Source: Bdellovibrionales bacterium
GTDB taxonomy: Bacteria > Bdellovibrionota > Bdellovibrionia > Bdellovibrionales > JAGQZY01
Direction: 5' to 3'
DNA: 64,000 bases
NCBI GenBank assembly: GCA_964230645.1
Contig: CAXRHT010000001.1
Coordinates: forward strand, 32,001 to 96,000
Shown here piece by piece: positions 27,976 through 38,148 of the stretch. The position numbers were made by a program, and so were the translations under genes. Under the pieces are notes generated by a model, which did not search any database, was not told the origin of the DNA, and was given only the letters and a program-made list of their open reading frames with translations. Each line of letters begins with the position of its first letter. Position 1 is the stretch's first letter.

Positions 27976-28902
27976 TTAGGAGTGATAAAACTGTTTCTGC
28001 TGAGGTCCCTTTGTTTTGGGATTGCGCTTATAATGATAGCGACAGTTCTTAGAACAAGTTTCAAATTCTGGTTTTGTTTGCGCCACCTCAAGACATTTTT
28101 TACAAAGCTTTGAGGGTTCCTGGCACTTACGGCATTCAATCTCAATACCGGCCACATCGCCACATTGTGGGCACAACGAATACTTCTTCGTGGGAGTTAA
28201 ATCTTTTCCTAAAGCCACTCGGGAATCAAAAACAAAGCACTCCCCTTGAAACTTACCTTCAGGAAACTTCTCCATATAATTAAGGATTCCACCACCCAGT
28301 TGATAGACCTTTTTGTAGCCTTGTTTTTCCATTTCAAAAATGGCTTTTTCGCAACGAATGCCACCGGTGCAAAAAATCAGATGGGTCTTTTCTTTATCCG
28401 GAGACTTTTCTTTGATCTTTTCTGGAAATTCAGTAAATTCTTTGATTTCTAAGTCGATGGCTTTTTCAAAAGTTCCGAGTTCATACTCGTAGTCATTTCT
28501 GGTATCAACCACCACCACATCGTCATTTGCAAGCATCTCGTGCCACTCTTCCGGTGAGAGGTGACGATGCTCTCCTTCGGGGACGAACTCTGGGCGCCTG
28601 AGGGTCACAATCTCTTCTCTGATTTTTACTACAAACTTTTTAAATGGCGCTTTATCACTGAAACTTTTTTTTATATCCACTCTCTCTTGCCCGAAAAAGC
28701 TTAAAACCTCGCCGATAAAGACTCTCAAGGCCTCTGGATCTTGGCTCGCTAAAGTCGTATTAAGGCCCTCCGTGCCCAAGATCACAAGGCCCGTTATGCC
28801 GTGCACTTGGGCTTTACCCATTAACCAGGCTCGAATGGACATAAGACTCTCTTCTTCGTTTTCTTTAAAAAAATAGAAGGTTTCCACTTGGTATTTCAGC
28901 AT
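27976..28902 (-). CDS. trhO: Oxygen-dependent tRNA uridine(34) hydroxylase TrhO (YceA/UPF0176 rhodanese family)
   Basis: EGLNTTL, VVDTRNDYEYELGTF, FCTGGIRCEKA, YQLGGGILNY and GECFVFDSR. Confidence 0.92.
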   Translation of the reverse strand: MLKYQVETFYFFKENEEESLMSIRAWLMGKAQVHGITGLVILGTEGLNTTLASQDPEALRVFIGEVLSFFGQERVDIKKSFSDKAPFKKFVVKIREEIVTLRRPEFVPEGEHRHLSPEEWHEMLANDDVVVVDTRNDYEYELGTFEKAIDLEIKEFTEFPEKIKEKSPDKEKTHLIFCTGGIRCEKAIFEMEKQGYKKVYQLGGGILNYMEKFPEGKFQGECFVFDSRVALGKDLTPTKKYSLCPQCGDVAGIEIECRKCQEPSKLCKKCLEVAQTKPEFETCSKNCRYHYKRNPKTKGPQQKQFYHS

Positions 28903-29221
28903 GGGGCATTTTTAATGCAGCTCATAATTTAGGTCAAGATAAGGGTGGGATTTTCTGGTATCGATGGTGAAGCCCCTACTGAAACCAGAGGCAAGATGAG
29001 GTGGGACTTACTTTCAAAAATTAGCCTTTAAAATTCTTGAAGTGAAAACAAAATAGCCAGGTTAGCGACGTTTTACGTCAGTTTGGCCTAGTTGATTGAC
29101 ACTTCTTGAACTCCCATCTTTTCCAGATTATGTCTTAATTTTTCCAGCAAATTTTTTGTAAACAACTAATTTCACTTAGGATTTCCTTTTACTCTTTTAT
29201 TTCGTATCAAAATAAAACAAA

Positions 29222-29237
29222 TGGCATTGTCCTTGCT
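29222..29237 (+). promoter_or_regulatory. Putative sigma54 promoter
   Basis: TGGCATTGTCCTTGCT, 36 nt upstream of ATG 29274. Confidence 0.7.
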
Positions 29238-29273
29238 CCTCATATTGGCATGGTGGAGATAAGGAAGGAAACA

Positions 29274-30494
29274 ATGAACATCAAACAAGTTGCACTCTTT
29301 TTATTTTTTATTATCTGCATGACCCTCATGCTAGGAGCCTGCTCTGAGAAAGAGTTTTCAGCCGCTCCGGGGTCGGTCTACAACCAGTGTGTTGACGTTC
29401 GCCCTGAGGTAAAATGTATCGAAACATGTGATGACTCCGGTCATTGTGTGAAGGATGTTGAGTACACGATTGAATCCCGATTGCAGCCTAAAGACGTTCT
29501 CTTCGTGAATGACGTTTCAGGTTCAATGTATCGCGAGCAATTGAGGATGGGATCCATGTTCCCCAATTTCCTTAACATTCTTCAAAACTCCAATTACCGA
29601 GTCGCTATTACAACGACCGATCTTGGTCACGCCAACAATCCGCCTCATCCTAAAAACGGCAATGGTGCTTTTCAGGACGGTAAACTCGTACCTTTTCCAA
29701 ATGGTCGCTATTTCCTCGATGGCAGAGACTCCCAACAATCCGAACAGCGTCAGTTTGAAGAGGCGATCGAGTGGGAACAAACCAATCTTTGTGAGCAAAA
29801 CGGGTACGACTTTCAGCAAGACTCCAATGGTCGTTACCGCAGGGACTCAAACGGTAATCTGATTCCCGTGGCCCCCTCAGAAGAACAATGTCCTTCTGGA
29901 GATGAGCGTGGTATTTTTACCTCTTACCTAACTTTTGAGAAAAACTACGAAAATTTTCTACGCCCAACCGGTCAGCTTGCTGTGATTGTACTTTCCGATG
30001 AAGACGGTTGGGGCGATACACAAAAGGGAGAATCCCGAGTTATCGACCCAAGAAGGGAAGATCCGGCCTCTTACGTGCAAGGGTTCAATGCCCTTTACCC
30101 TCATAAAAGACTTTCGTTTCACTCTATTGTGGTGAGACCTGGAGACCAGAGTTGTTTCAACCAACAAGACGAGGGTGAAGATCCTCCTGGTCGATTCGGA
30201 CGTGCTTATGCTCTCTTAACTGAAGAGACCGGTGGAATCCTCGGTGACATCTGTGCCTCACAAGGAAATTACGCCAGTCAACTAAGAGCCATCAGTGAAT
30301 CAATTGCACAAGCACAGGATAAACTCCCTTGTCGTCCTATCAACGACGATATTGATATCAGTTTTATCCCAGATCCTGGTCATGAAGTTGAAGTGATTTC
30401 TAATTTCGAAACAGGTGAGATTCTTTTCCCGGATCTACCAAAAGGAACAAAAATCAATTTTAAATTTCAGTGCGAAGATAATTCAAGCTTTTAA
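29274..30494 (+). CDS. Cys-rich lipoprotein with a vWA/MIDAS domain
   Basis: RBS AAGGAAGG, lipobox LGAC, DVLFVNDVSGSM (DxSxS), RVAITTTD, LAVIVLSDED and TGGILGDIC. Confidence 0.8.
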   Translation: MNIKQVALFLFFIICMTLMLGACSEKEFSAAPGSVYNQCVDVRPEVKCIETCDDSGHCVKDVEYTIESRLQPKDVLFVNDVSGSMYREQLRMGSMFPNFLNILQNSNYRVAITTTDLGHANNPPHPKNGNGAFQDGKLVPFPNGRYFLDGRDSQQSEQRQFEEAIEWEQTNLCEQNGYDFQQDSNGRYRRDSNGNLIPVAPSEEQCPSGDERGIFTSYLTFEKNYENFLRPTGQLAVIVLSDEDGWGDTQKGESRVIDPRREDPASYVQGFNALYPHKRLSFHSIVVRPGDQSCFNQQDEGEDPPGRFGRAYALLTEETGGILGDICASQGNYASQLRAISESIAQAQDKLPCRPINDDIDISFIPDPGHEVEVISNFETGEILFPDLPKGTKINFKFQCEDNSSF

Positions 30495-30525
30495 AAACAA
30501 ATAAAAAAATGCTCCACATTTTTTT

Positions 30526-30556
30526 GGACGACCCATAAAGCGGTCGTCCTTTTTTT
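30526..30556 (+). terminator. Intrinsic terminator
   Basis: GGACGACC-CATAAAGC-GGTCGTCC followed by T7. Confidence 0.75.
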
Positions 30557-32288
30557 ATTCGTAGTTTTTGCTCTTTTTTAAGGGATTAATTTTAAATCGA
30601 CTGCGTGAGGCAAAGTGATAAAACTGCTCAGGGCTTTGACTCCAAGCCACTTTGTCAGGATTTAGGTGATCCGTATCAAACTCAGCCGTCCAACCCGCTT
30701 TTTCCGTTGGAAAATCGAAATAAAGTCTTAGACAACGTCGATCAGGGTTCTCGACACTACACCTTGTGGATTTCTCATCAGTTGTTTTTATAGACAAATC
30801 AATTGGGTACTTTTGGTACTTTTCATTTTTTGTCTCTTTACTTATAAAGCGAAGACTTGTGAGCTCCTCGCTCATTGGATGAAAATAATTCGGCCACAAC
30901 ACTGAAATATCCTCCTCATCCTTCATGACGACATAGGGTCCGCTGCCAATAAAGCGAGAACCTTTATCTTTAAAAGCGGCCATTACAGGTGAGGCTAAAA
31001 CTTTCGGAAATTTTTTCTGAGCTTTTTCAAAATAGATAACGAGTTTATCAGAACTAAGGGCTTTGACTCCGTCAAAACGGTCAATAGCAAAGGCCTTGTC
31101 CATCCCCTTGATCGATCGAAAGAAACGATTGAACGCATTGGATTTGCGGGTTTCGTTGCGTTTAAAAACAGAATACCAACTGCGTTTAAAGTCTTTGGCC
31201 TCGACATAGCTTCCATCAGAAAAGCGCGTTAGAGGATTGAGTTGAATGGTCAACCGAGTACGCCCAGCCCCCCACTGAAACGATGTGGCCGTTAAGGGCT
31301 CGATCTCCTCCTTTTTATTGAGCCGAAATAAGGGTTCATACTGTCCCCTAGCAATCAATTTTGCCACAGGAGAGTCAAGCTTTGGTGGAAGCAAAGAACC
31401 AATGTCTCCTGGCACCTGCACATTGACCATATACTCACGGAAAAGGTGGCCCTCCATGGGAATATAGTTATGTATAAGGCTTGAGTTCTTTCCTTTTACT
31501 TTTTTAACACCAATTCTCTCAATAACTTTGTAGTCAGCACTAAAGTGAATCTCCTCCATAATCCAAGGATCATAAATCCAGAGCTTCGTTTTGAGAGCTG
31601 ATGGATCCGCCTCGGCAAAAAACTCATTCATTCTTCTACAAAAATTTCCATCACCAGCACTCACATCATCGGTTCGGGTGGGATAGTATTTAATATATTG
31701 GGATTTTGGAGGCTTACCGCTGCCAGCGCATTCAGGAAGTTCCTGGTTGTTATAGTTTTTTGTTCCTTCACGGTCCTGGAGGTAGAGCTCATTAAGATCC
31801 TGAAGGGCAAGTTTTCCTCCAAAATGATCATTGAACTCCCTAGCTCCTAGGTAGCATTGCATAAAGTTCACTTTGCTTTTTAGGATTTTTAAGACACAAA
31901 AACGCCCATAGACTTCGTCACCCTTTTGCATATGAATAGCAAAAGCGTACCAAGGGGCTTTAAATAAAGTGCCATTGATTTTCCATGAGCCCCCTCCCAC
32001 AGGAAAATACTGCTCTCTTTTCTTAAGAAACTCTTCTGGGTTTTTACCAAGAGTCAGTGATTTTTCCGGCTGAGACAGCACCACCTCTATTTTATGATGC
32101 ATAAGAGGCTCAAGATTGTCCGTCGATTTTTCGGTCAGCGCCAATATAAATCTTGTGGCCTCAGAGGAAAGGTCTTTCTCGGAAGCTCTTTTTATGGAGC
32201 CAGCCGAGGGCGTTGTTCCAGAGTCAAAACAGGCAGAGAGAAAAAGACTCAAAATAAAAATTAGGGCTTGGGATCGACTTCGGCTCAT
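30555..32288 (-). CDS. Lipoprotein with a partial family-5 ABC solute-binding domain in its C-terminal half
   Basis: Lipobox LSAC. YEPLFR...IEPLTA...RFSDGSYVEAKDFKRSW and FIGSGPY. Confidence 0.7.
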   Translation of the reverse strand: MSRSRSQALIFILSLFLSACFDSGTTPSAGSIKRASEKDLSSEATRFILALTEKSTDNLEPLMHHKIEVVLSQPEKSLTLGKNPEEFLKKREQYFPVGGGSWKINGTLFKAPWYAFAIHMQKGDEVYGRFCVLKILKSKVNFMQCYLGAREFNDHFGGKLALQDLNELYLQDREGTKNYNNQELPECAGSGKPPKSQYIKYYPTRTDDVSAGDGNFCRRMNEFFAEADPSALKTKLWIYDPWIMEEIHFSADYKVIERIGVKKVKGKNSSLIHNYIPMEGHLFREYMVNVQVPGDIGSLLPPKLDSPVAKLIARGQYEPLFRLNKKEEIEPLTATSFQWGAGRTRLTIQLNPLTRFSDGSYVEAKDFKRSWYSVFKRNETRKSNAFNRFFRSIKGMDKAFAIDRFDGVKALSSDKLVIYFEKAQKKFPKVLASPVMAAFKDKGSRFIGSGPYVVMKDEEDISVLWPNYFHPMSEELTSLRFISKETKNEKYQKYPIDLSIKTTDEKSTRCSVENPDRRCLRLYFDFPTEKAGWTAEFDTDHLNPDKVAWSQSPEQFYHFASRSRFKINPLKKSKNYE

Positions 32289-32381
32289 GGCTTTATCCTT
32301 TGTTACTTTTTAAAATCTAGAAGATCCTTGCGGATAAATCAATACTGCCACTCTCACCTTGGGGTGGGATATCATTGGCTC

Positions 32382-33374
32382 TCACGATCTCAGAGACCAG
32401 GCGATTTTCTCTAGGGCCTCAACCTCTTCGGCCCAATAGAGATAATTTTTAAACTCTGGAAAGATCTTTGGAAAAGAGGGATCCGTCCACCGCCGAGCTA
32501 TCCATGCGGCATAGTAAATAATGCGAAGACCTCTTAATGGACCCATTAGATCCAAATGACTCTCATCAAAAAGCCTGAGTTCTTCATAGCCCTTTAAAAA
32601 TTCATTGAGCTCATCCCGGTTTCCTGACTCGTCACTGGAAAAAAGCATCCAGAAATCCTGCACGGGAAGACCGTTGATGAAATCATCAAAATCCACGAAG
32701 AAATATTCGCTCATGCCTTCTTTGGGGTCCGTTTGCAAAATGTTTCCTTTGTGGCAATCACCGTGAATACGAATAAAACTCTGTCCCTCAACTCGCTCTT
32801 CTAAATACTCCAAGATCTGACAGGCGGCCTCCTCATAGCGGTCCCACACTTCAGGCACCACCCAATCCTCCAATAGATCAAGGCTATCCCAACCAAAGCT
32901 TTCCACATCCAGGCTTGGTCTATGGAGAGCGGGCTTTAAAGCCCCCACATTGTGAAGTTTAGCCAATTGGCGCCCGATCTGGCGCAAATCCTGCGCCTGA
33001 AACTCTTGGGGCATACGGCCTAAAGCTTTTGGAAAAAAACTAAAGATCATGCCCTTTTTCTTTAGAAAACTCTCCCCATCCCGTTTGATGGGAGCCACAG
33101 CGGGAATGCCCTGTTCTTTTAGATCAAAGAGAAACTCGTGTTCTTCTCTAATGGAGTCTTCACTCCAGCGGTGAGGCCGATAGACCTTGGCAATCACATG
33201 GTCTTTTTTGCTCTCTCCTTCTAAAAAGAGGTCGTAGACTCGATTCTCATAGGAGTTGAGCTGAAAGTAGCGCCCCGAGGGGACAAAGCCCCACTCCTCT
33301 GCGGCCTGAAAGACTTGCTCGGTTTTGAGTTCATAAAAATTCTGAGAGTTTTCTCCCTGGGGCTTTACCGACAT
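32382..33374 (-). CDS. srkA: Stress-response Ser/Thr kinase SrkA (RdoA/YihE)
   Basis: LNSYENRVY, KVYRPHRWS, IHGDCHKGN, FVDFDD and WIARRWTDPSFPKIFP. Confidence 0.93.
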   Translation of the reverse strand: MSVKPQGENSQNFYELKTEQVFQAAEEWGFVPSGRYFQLNSYENRVYDLFLEGESKKDHVIAKVYRPHRWSEDSIREEHEFLFDLKEQGIPAVAPIKRDGESFLKKKGMIFSFFPKALGRMPQEFQAQDLRQIGRQLAKLHNVGALKPALHRPSLDVESFGWDSLDLLEDWVVPEVWDRYEEAACQILEYLEERVEGQSFIRIHGDCHKGNILQTDPKEGMSEYFFVDFDDFINGLPVQDFWMLFSSDESGNRDELNEFLKGYEELRLFDESHLDLMGPLRGLRIIYYAAWIARRWTDPSFPKIFPEFKNYLYWAEEVEALEKIAWSLRS

Positions 33375-33637
33375 CGATAGCCCATCCCTCGAATCGCCGA
33401 ACCATAGGCGGTTTCCGCCATCACTCGGACATAGTTAGCTCCTAAAAAAGAGGCTTTGGCACGAAGGTCCGAAAGGGCCTGATCCCGTGCGCCCTCACGT
33501 GTGTCTGCATTCCCGATGACCTGGCCCACTTCATCACATTGGCCAATGGGATAGTTGCGGCTGACCTGAACATTTCCTCCCGGCCGGCTTTGGCACTGAG
33601 AAAGCACTAAAAAGAAAAGTATAAAAAGTCCTCTCAT
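33365..33637 (-). CDS. Small lipoprotein (DUF4156-like)
   Basis: RBS GGGAG, MRGLFILFFLVLSQC. CDEVGQV...ALSDLRAKASFLGANYV...GMGYRC. Confidence 0.7.
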   Translation of the reverse strand: MRGLFILFFLVLSQCQSRPGGNVQVSRNYPIGQCDEVGQVIGNADTREGARDQALSDLRAKASFLGANYVRVMAETAYGSAIRGMGYRCR

Positions 33638-33684
33638 GGTCCACTCCCTTGACAACCCGTTGAGGTTACAGCACAAAATGGCCT

Positions 33685-34413
33685 ATGGATAGCCTGTTTT
33701 CTGTTGAAGCGCTCTCAGCTCTGGCCACCCTCTCGTTGATGGAAATAGTGCTTGGGATTGATAACATCATTTTTATTGCCATTCTCACCGGACGCCTCCC
33801 TAAAGAGCGTCAGCCCTTTGCTCAAAAAATGGGAATCAGTCTGGCTCTTATCACCCGCATTCTTCTTTTGTTTTGTCTTTCCTGGTTAATGGGTCTTACA
33901 AAACCCCTCTTTGAAATATTAGATCATGGTTTTTCTTTACGAGACTTGATCCTTATTGTAGGAGGACTCTTTCTGGTCGCTAAAGCCACTTTTGAGATCC
34001 ACCATAAAATCGAAGGCGAGGACGCTGGACCGGAAAACAGTCCAACAAAAAAAGCCGCACTTGGAATAATCCTTTTACAAATTATGATGCTTGATATCGT
34101 CTTTTCCCTCGACTCGGTGATCACAGCCATCGGTATGGTGAAAGAAATTTCGATAATGGTGATCGCTATGATTATTGCCATGGCGGTGATGCTGTTTTCA
34201 GCCAAATTTATCAGCGATTTTGTGGCCAAACATCCCACCGTAAAAATTCTCGCCCTCTCGTTTTTAATCCTTATTGGCGTGGTACTTATTGTTGAAGGCA
34301 TGGGTGGCCATGTCGGCAAAGGCTATATTTACTTTGCTATGTTCTTTTCATTAAGTGTCGAGTTAGTGAATATGCGCTACCGTACAAAACAACTAAAGAT
34401 CACCCCAGAATGA
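33685..34413 (+). CDS. TerC family membrane protein
   Basis: MEIVLGIDNIIFIAIL, LDIVFSLDSVITAIGM, HPTVKILALSFLILIG and KGYIYFAMFFS. Confidence 0.95.
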   Translation: MDSLFSVEALSALATLSLMEIVLGIDNIIFIAILTGRLPKERQPFAQKMGISLALITRILLLFCLSWLMGLTKPLFEILDHGFSLRDLILIVGGLFLVAKATFEIHHKIEGEDAGPENSPTKKAALGIILLQIMMLDIVFSLDSVITAIGMVKEISIMVIAMIIAMAVMLFSAKFISDFVAKHPTVKILALSFLILIGVVLIVEGMGGHVGKGYIYFAMFFSLSVELVNMRYRTKQLKITPE

Positions 34414-35408
34414 GTATGATTGATATTAAAGAAGCCATTGGAAAACTCAACAATGAAGAGGTTGTGGCCCTTCCCACAGAAACGGTGTATGGTTTGGCCG
34501 CTAGATCGGATTCCGAAAAAGCTTTAGGGAAGATTTTTTCTACCAAAAAAAGACCCTTTTTTGATCCCCTGATTCTCCACGTAAAAAATCTTGATCAAGC
34601 AGAACAATACGGCCATTTTGATTCTATTAGCCGAAGCCTTGCTAAGCAGTTTTGGCCCGGCGCTTTGACCTTAGTGCTCAAAAAAACCGAAAGAGTCTCT
34701 TCCTTGGTCAATAATGGCGGAAAAACAGTGGCACTGCGCTCACCTCAACACCCCTTGTTTCTTGAAGTATTGAGAGCCACGGAGGTGCCGTTGGCCGCTC
34801 CCAGTGCCAACCTTTTTGGAAAGACTTCTCCGACAAGGGCCGAGCATGTCGTAAAGGAATTTAACTCTCTTGTGCCCGTCCTTGATGGTGGTCCTTGTGA
34901 ACGAGGTATCGAATCAACGGTGATTGAAGTAAGATCAGAGCAAAAAGAGATTCATATTTTACGCGCAGGCCTAATCACTGAAGTGGAAATGGGGAAATTC
35001 TTAAAGGAAAATAATATTGAAGTGAATTTTTCTTACCCCACTAAAGACAATGCGCCTGGTTTTTTAAAAAACCACTATCAGCCCTCAGCTCCTTTTTTAC
35101 TGGTGTTAAAAGAAAGCAAGGCGTCCTCACTAAAGAATCTCCAACAGATGTTACCCTCTCCTTTTTCCCTAGATAGTACAGAAATGTCTTTACCCGATGA
35201 TCCCCTTCTTGCAGCCCGAAAACTCTACTCAGAACTTCGCTCTTTTTCCGAGGCGGGAAAAGCCTTTCACCTGATTGCCGACCCCTTATGGAATACCGAG
35301 GCTCATTGGCGAGGTCTTTTGGATCGCTTGAAAAAGGCCTCCCACCTTCTTGCTAGCGAGAAAAACGGAGTATGGACTCTGGAAGAAAAAGGCTCAGAAG
35401 AAAAATAG
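34410..35408 (+). CDS. sua5: L-threonylcarbamoyladenylate synthase (Sua5/TsaC2)
   Basis: PTETVYGLAA, KKRPFFDPLILH, FWPGALT, AAPSAN, GIESTVI and APG..NHYQP (Sua5 linker). Confidence 0.93.
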   Translation: MSMIDIKEAIGKLNNEEVVALPTETVYGLAARSDSEKALGKIFSTKKRPFFDPLILHVKNLDQAEQYGHFDSISRSLAKQFWPGALTLVLKKTERVSSLVNNGGKTVALRSPQHPLFLEVLRATEVPLAAPSANLFGKTSPTRAEHVVKEFNSLVPVLDGGPCERGIESTVIEVRSEQKEIHILRAGLITEVEMGKFLKENNIEVNFSYPTKDNAPGFLKNHYQPSAPFLLVLKESKASSLKNLQQMLPSPFSLDSTEMSLPDDPLLAARKLYSELRSFSEAGKAFHLIADPLWNTEAHWRGLLDRLKKASHLLASEKNGVWTLEEKGSEEK

Positions 35409-35465
35409 AGGAAAATTCCGCGCTTAGCGCTGCGCGCAATCAGTTTCCGTAGACAAGGCACACAA

Positions 35466-36302
35466 GTGCTTTTTAAAACTGTGGTAATGGACGTTCAAGC
35501 TCTCGAAAAATTTAAGCCGAAATTTCTCTTTTCTATCGAAACAGAAAATTTCATTATTAAAACCGCCCAAAGTGTAGAGGACCTTAAACTGGCCCTTAAA
35601 TTAAGGCACCAAGTGTTTTTCGAGGAGACTTTAAATCGAAGCCATGAAAGTGGCCTTGAATTTGATAGCTATGACCAAAAAGCCGATCACCTTCTCATTA
35701 TCGAAAAGTCTCAGGGGTTTGCTCTTGGAACCTATCGTCTGATTCACTCGGATTACTCTGATATTTTTTATTCCCAAGGGGAATTTAATATGGACGAGTT
35801 TATTAATCTTGAGGGAGCAAAACTTGAACTAGGAAGAGCTTGCACTCATAAAGATTATCGCACGGGTCGAACCATGGACCTTTTGTGGCAAGGACTTTCG
35901 CGCTACATTCGCGACACGAAAACAATGTATCTTTTCGGCTGTTCGAGCTTAAAAACCATGGACCCTATGGAAGTCTTTAGTGTGATCAAGTCTCTGCAAT
36001 CCAAAGAGGCTCATAGTTTTGAACTTAATATTGAACCAACTCCAGATTATCAATTTAAAGATCCCGACCGCTTTCTTGAAAAAGCGCAAGCCGATCCCAA
36101 AATTCTACGGACACTACCCCCGCTCTTACGCTCGTATCTGCATGCCGGTTCCCAAGTCTACGGCTATCCCGCACTGGATGAAGATTTCGCCTGCAGTGAT
36201 CTTTTCACGATTCTTGATTTACTAAAATTAAACAAGAAGTTTGCCGAGCGCTATAAGCCGGTTCACCCGAGTCTCTTAGCCGCCAAAGAATCAAAAGAAT
36301 AA
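35466..36302 (+). CDS. GNAT N-acyltransferase (OlsB-like / putative hemolysin family)
   Basis: LRHQVF, DSYD..ADHL, GTYRL, YSQGEF, LELGRACTHKDYR, YLFGCSS, PPLLRSYL and DEDFACSD. Confidence 0.85.
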   Translation: MLFKTVVMDVQALEKFKPKFLFSIETENFIIKTAQSVEDLKLALKLRHQVFFEETLNRSHESGLEFDSYDQKADHLLIIEKSQGFALGTYRLIHSDYSDIFYSQGEFNMDEFINLEGAKLELGRACTHKDYRTGRTMDLLWQGLSRYIRDTKTMYLFGCSSLKTMDPMEVFSVIKSLQSKEAHSFELNIEPTPDYQFKDPDRFLEKAQADPKILRTLPPLLRSYLHAGSQVYGYPALDEDFACSDLFTILDLLKLNKKFAERYKPVHPSLLAAKESKE

Positions 36303-36307
36303 TTTTT

Positions 36308-37858
36308 TTACTGTGCGATCTCTTCGTTAAGTTCTGGTGAGGCCAAACCTCGGGGGCCTCGACAAATGCCCTCTTCATCGATTGTAGCTCCCGCCCCCAT
36401 CGAGCCACAGCAGATGGCCGCCTTATTAATCACAGGATTCAAAGCTCTTAATAGACCCATTTGATTGGCGATATGGCGATGCCCTGTGCACACGTTCGTG
36501 TCTCGAATCTGCCCTCGCAGGGTCTCATAATCAAGGTCCGCAGCACAGGCCACGTTTCGGATACGTTGAATGCATTGGTTTTCTAAATTTTCACGACTGT
36601 CATTACTTCCGAATCGATGGGGAATCACCTGTTCCTGCAAGGACCAAAGCTCGGTACATTCCTGAGCACTTCTTGAAACACAACTTTGATCACTGGAGGG
36701 ATTCACCCACAGCAGAGTTTGATTGGACGTTGGAGTGAAGCGATCGCCCCCACACACTCTTCCAGCACTCCCCTGGCCCAACAAGTGAACGCGGTCGATA
36801 CGAGGTTCCCGGCCCCACATTCGACCTGTCACTGTGATGTGGTTGCCAAGCAACTCCTCAAAACGTGAGCCTTCAAGACTTAACCTCATTTTTCGCCCTC
36901 GTTGGCACGAGGCTATCTGTACAGGGCGTGGACGAGTCATACGCGCATGGACATCGAGAATGTTCTGGCACAATAAAGGGTCTTCTCCACCGAGAATATC
37001 GACTTGTCTACCAGGAGAGACGTCATTTACAAAGCGTCTGAGTCCGGAATGATAATGCAAAGCTGGAAAACACTCACCAATCGGTCTTCGGTCGGCCGTA
37101 AAAAACTGCTCTCTTTGTACGTAACCAACATTAGAGGTGTTCTCTCTATCCGTGGTGGAGCGCATATGATTGTCACAGTTGCCAATATAAACAGCCTCAC
37201 TGGGTGTTCTCAAGGCCTCCACCGCGATTAGGCCAGCCACAAGACCGAACCCACCAGCCAAACTTCCGACTCCTGTGGTGAGACTCGAAAAACGCCCCAC
37301 AAAGTCTCCCAGTTTTTTGGCTCTGATTTTTGCGCGCATGGCCTCTGTTCTTTGTTGCAGAACCGCTGCCACATTGGTCCGGGCCAACTGAAAAGCCCCT
37401 GCGGCCACAAGAGCTCTAGCGCCTGCCTCGGCTGTTTGAGCGGCTCCGCCGAAGGTGGCTCGGGTGGCAGTATCGGAGACGATCTCGCGCGTTTTTCTTA
37501 AGCCACTGGCAATCGCTGATTCTTGCTGATCCTCTGTGAGTTCAGGGATGGCGGCCTCTTCGTCCGCCAAAATAGCATCAGGATTGGCAAGTCCCTCTTC
37601 CGCTAGGGCGACTTGGATTTCTTCGGGTGTTGGTAAGTAGGACATGAAATCTTGTCCCACCTGACAGTTGCGAATACTTTGAGAACAGGCCACCTCTAAG
37701 AATATCTCTGATAATTTATCAAAAATTTCTGGCTTGATCTGAAGAGCCCCACCCACCCTCTCCATACAAGCATTGGGCTCAGGAACTGTTTCTGTCACTT
37801 GGCCTAGAGAAATTGATGGGAAGAAAAATAGGAGAAATAAAAGCCTAATCATGTTCAT
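36308..37858 (-). CDS. Hypothetical exported Cys-rich protein with an internal Gly/Ala-rich hydrophobic segment
   Basis: ATG 37858 overlaps the upstream TGA. Signal peptide MIRLLFLLFFFPSISLG; LTTGVGSLAGGFGLVAGLIAVEAL; more than 15 Cys. Confidence 0.7.
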   Translation of the reverse strand: MNMIRLLFLLFFFPSISLGQVTETVPEPNACMERVGGALQIKPEIFDKLSEIFLEVACSQSIRNCQVGQDFMSYLPTPEEIQVALAEEGLANPDAILADEEAAIPELTEDQQESAIASGLRKTREIVSDTATRATFGGAAQTAEAGARALVAAGAFQLARTNVAAVLQQRTEAMRAKIRAKKLGDFVGRFSSLTTGVGSLAGGFGLVAGLIAVEALRTPSEAVYIGNCDNHMRSTTDRENTSNVGYVQREQFFTADRRPIGECFPALHYHSGLRRFVNDVSPGRQVDILGGEDPLLCQNILDVHARMTRPRPVQIASCQRGRKMRLSLEGSRFEELLGNHITVTGRMWGREPRIDRVHLLGQGSAGRVCGGDRFTPTSNQTLLWVNPSSDQSCVSRSAQECTELWSLQEQVIPHRFGSNDSRENLENQCIQRIRNVACAADLDYETLRGQIRDTNVCTGHRHIANQMGLLRALNPVINKAAICCGSMGAGATIDEEGICRGPRGLASPELNEEIAQ

Positions 37859-38148
37859 CACTGTCGGCGGCGATTGAGCCGCGCTCTTGTACAATCGGTT
37901 AATCTCTTTGCCAGAGGAGTTCTTTCAGAATTGTTTCTTTTTACTCGCTGCCAACACTGTTCAAGGATGGGTGCTATTTCCCGGCGACATTGGCTTTGAT
38001 TGTCGAAAAAGTGGAGCATGCCATCGTTGGGAGCTTGGCACCATAGGATGGCTATAGCTTGCCTTTGACGCTCCTCATGGGAAGTCGTCTCGGCCCTAGA
38101 TTCTTGGGAAAGGCCCACTGTGAAAATGAAAAGAAATAGTAAAGACAC
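37858..38148 (-). CDS. Hypothetical small exported protein with four Cys
   Basis: 96 aa, N-terminal hydrophobic stretch, translationally coupled to the downstream gene. Confidence 0.55.
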   Translation of the reverse strand: MSLLFLFIFTVGLSQESRAETTSHEERQRQAIAILWCQAPNDGMLHFFDNQSQCRREIAPILEQCWQRVKRNNSERTPLAKRLTDCTRARLNRRRQ

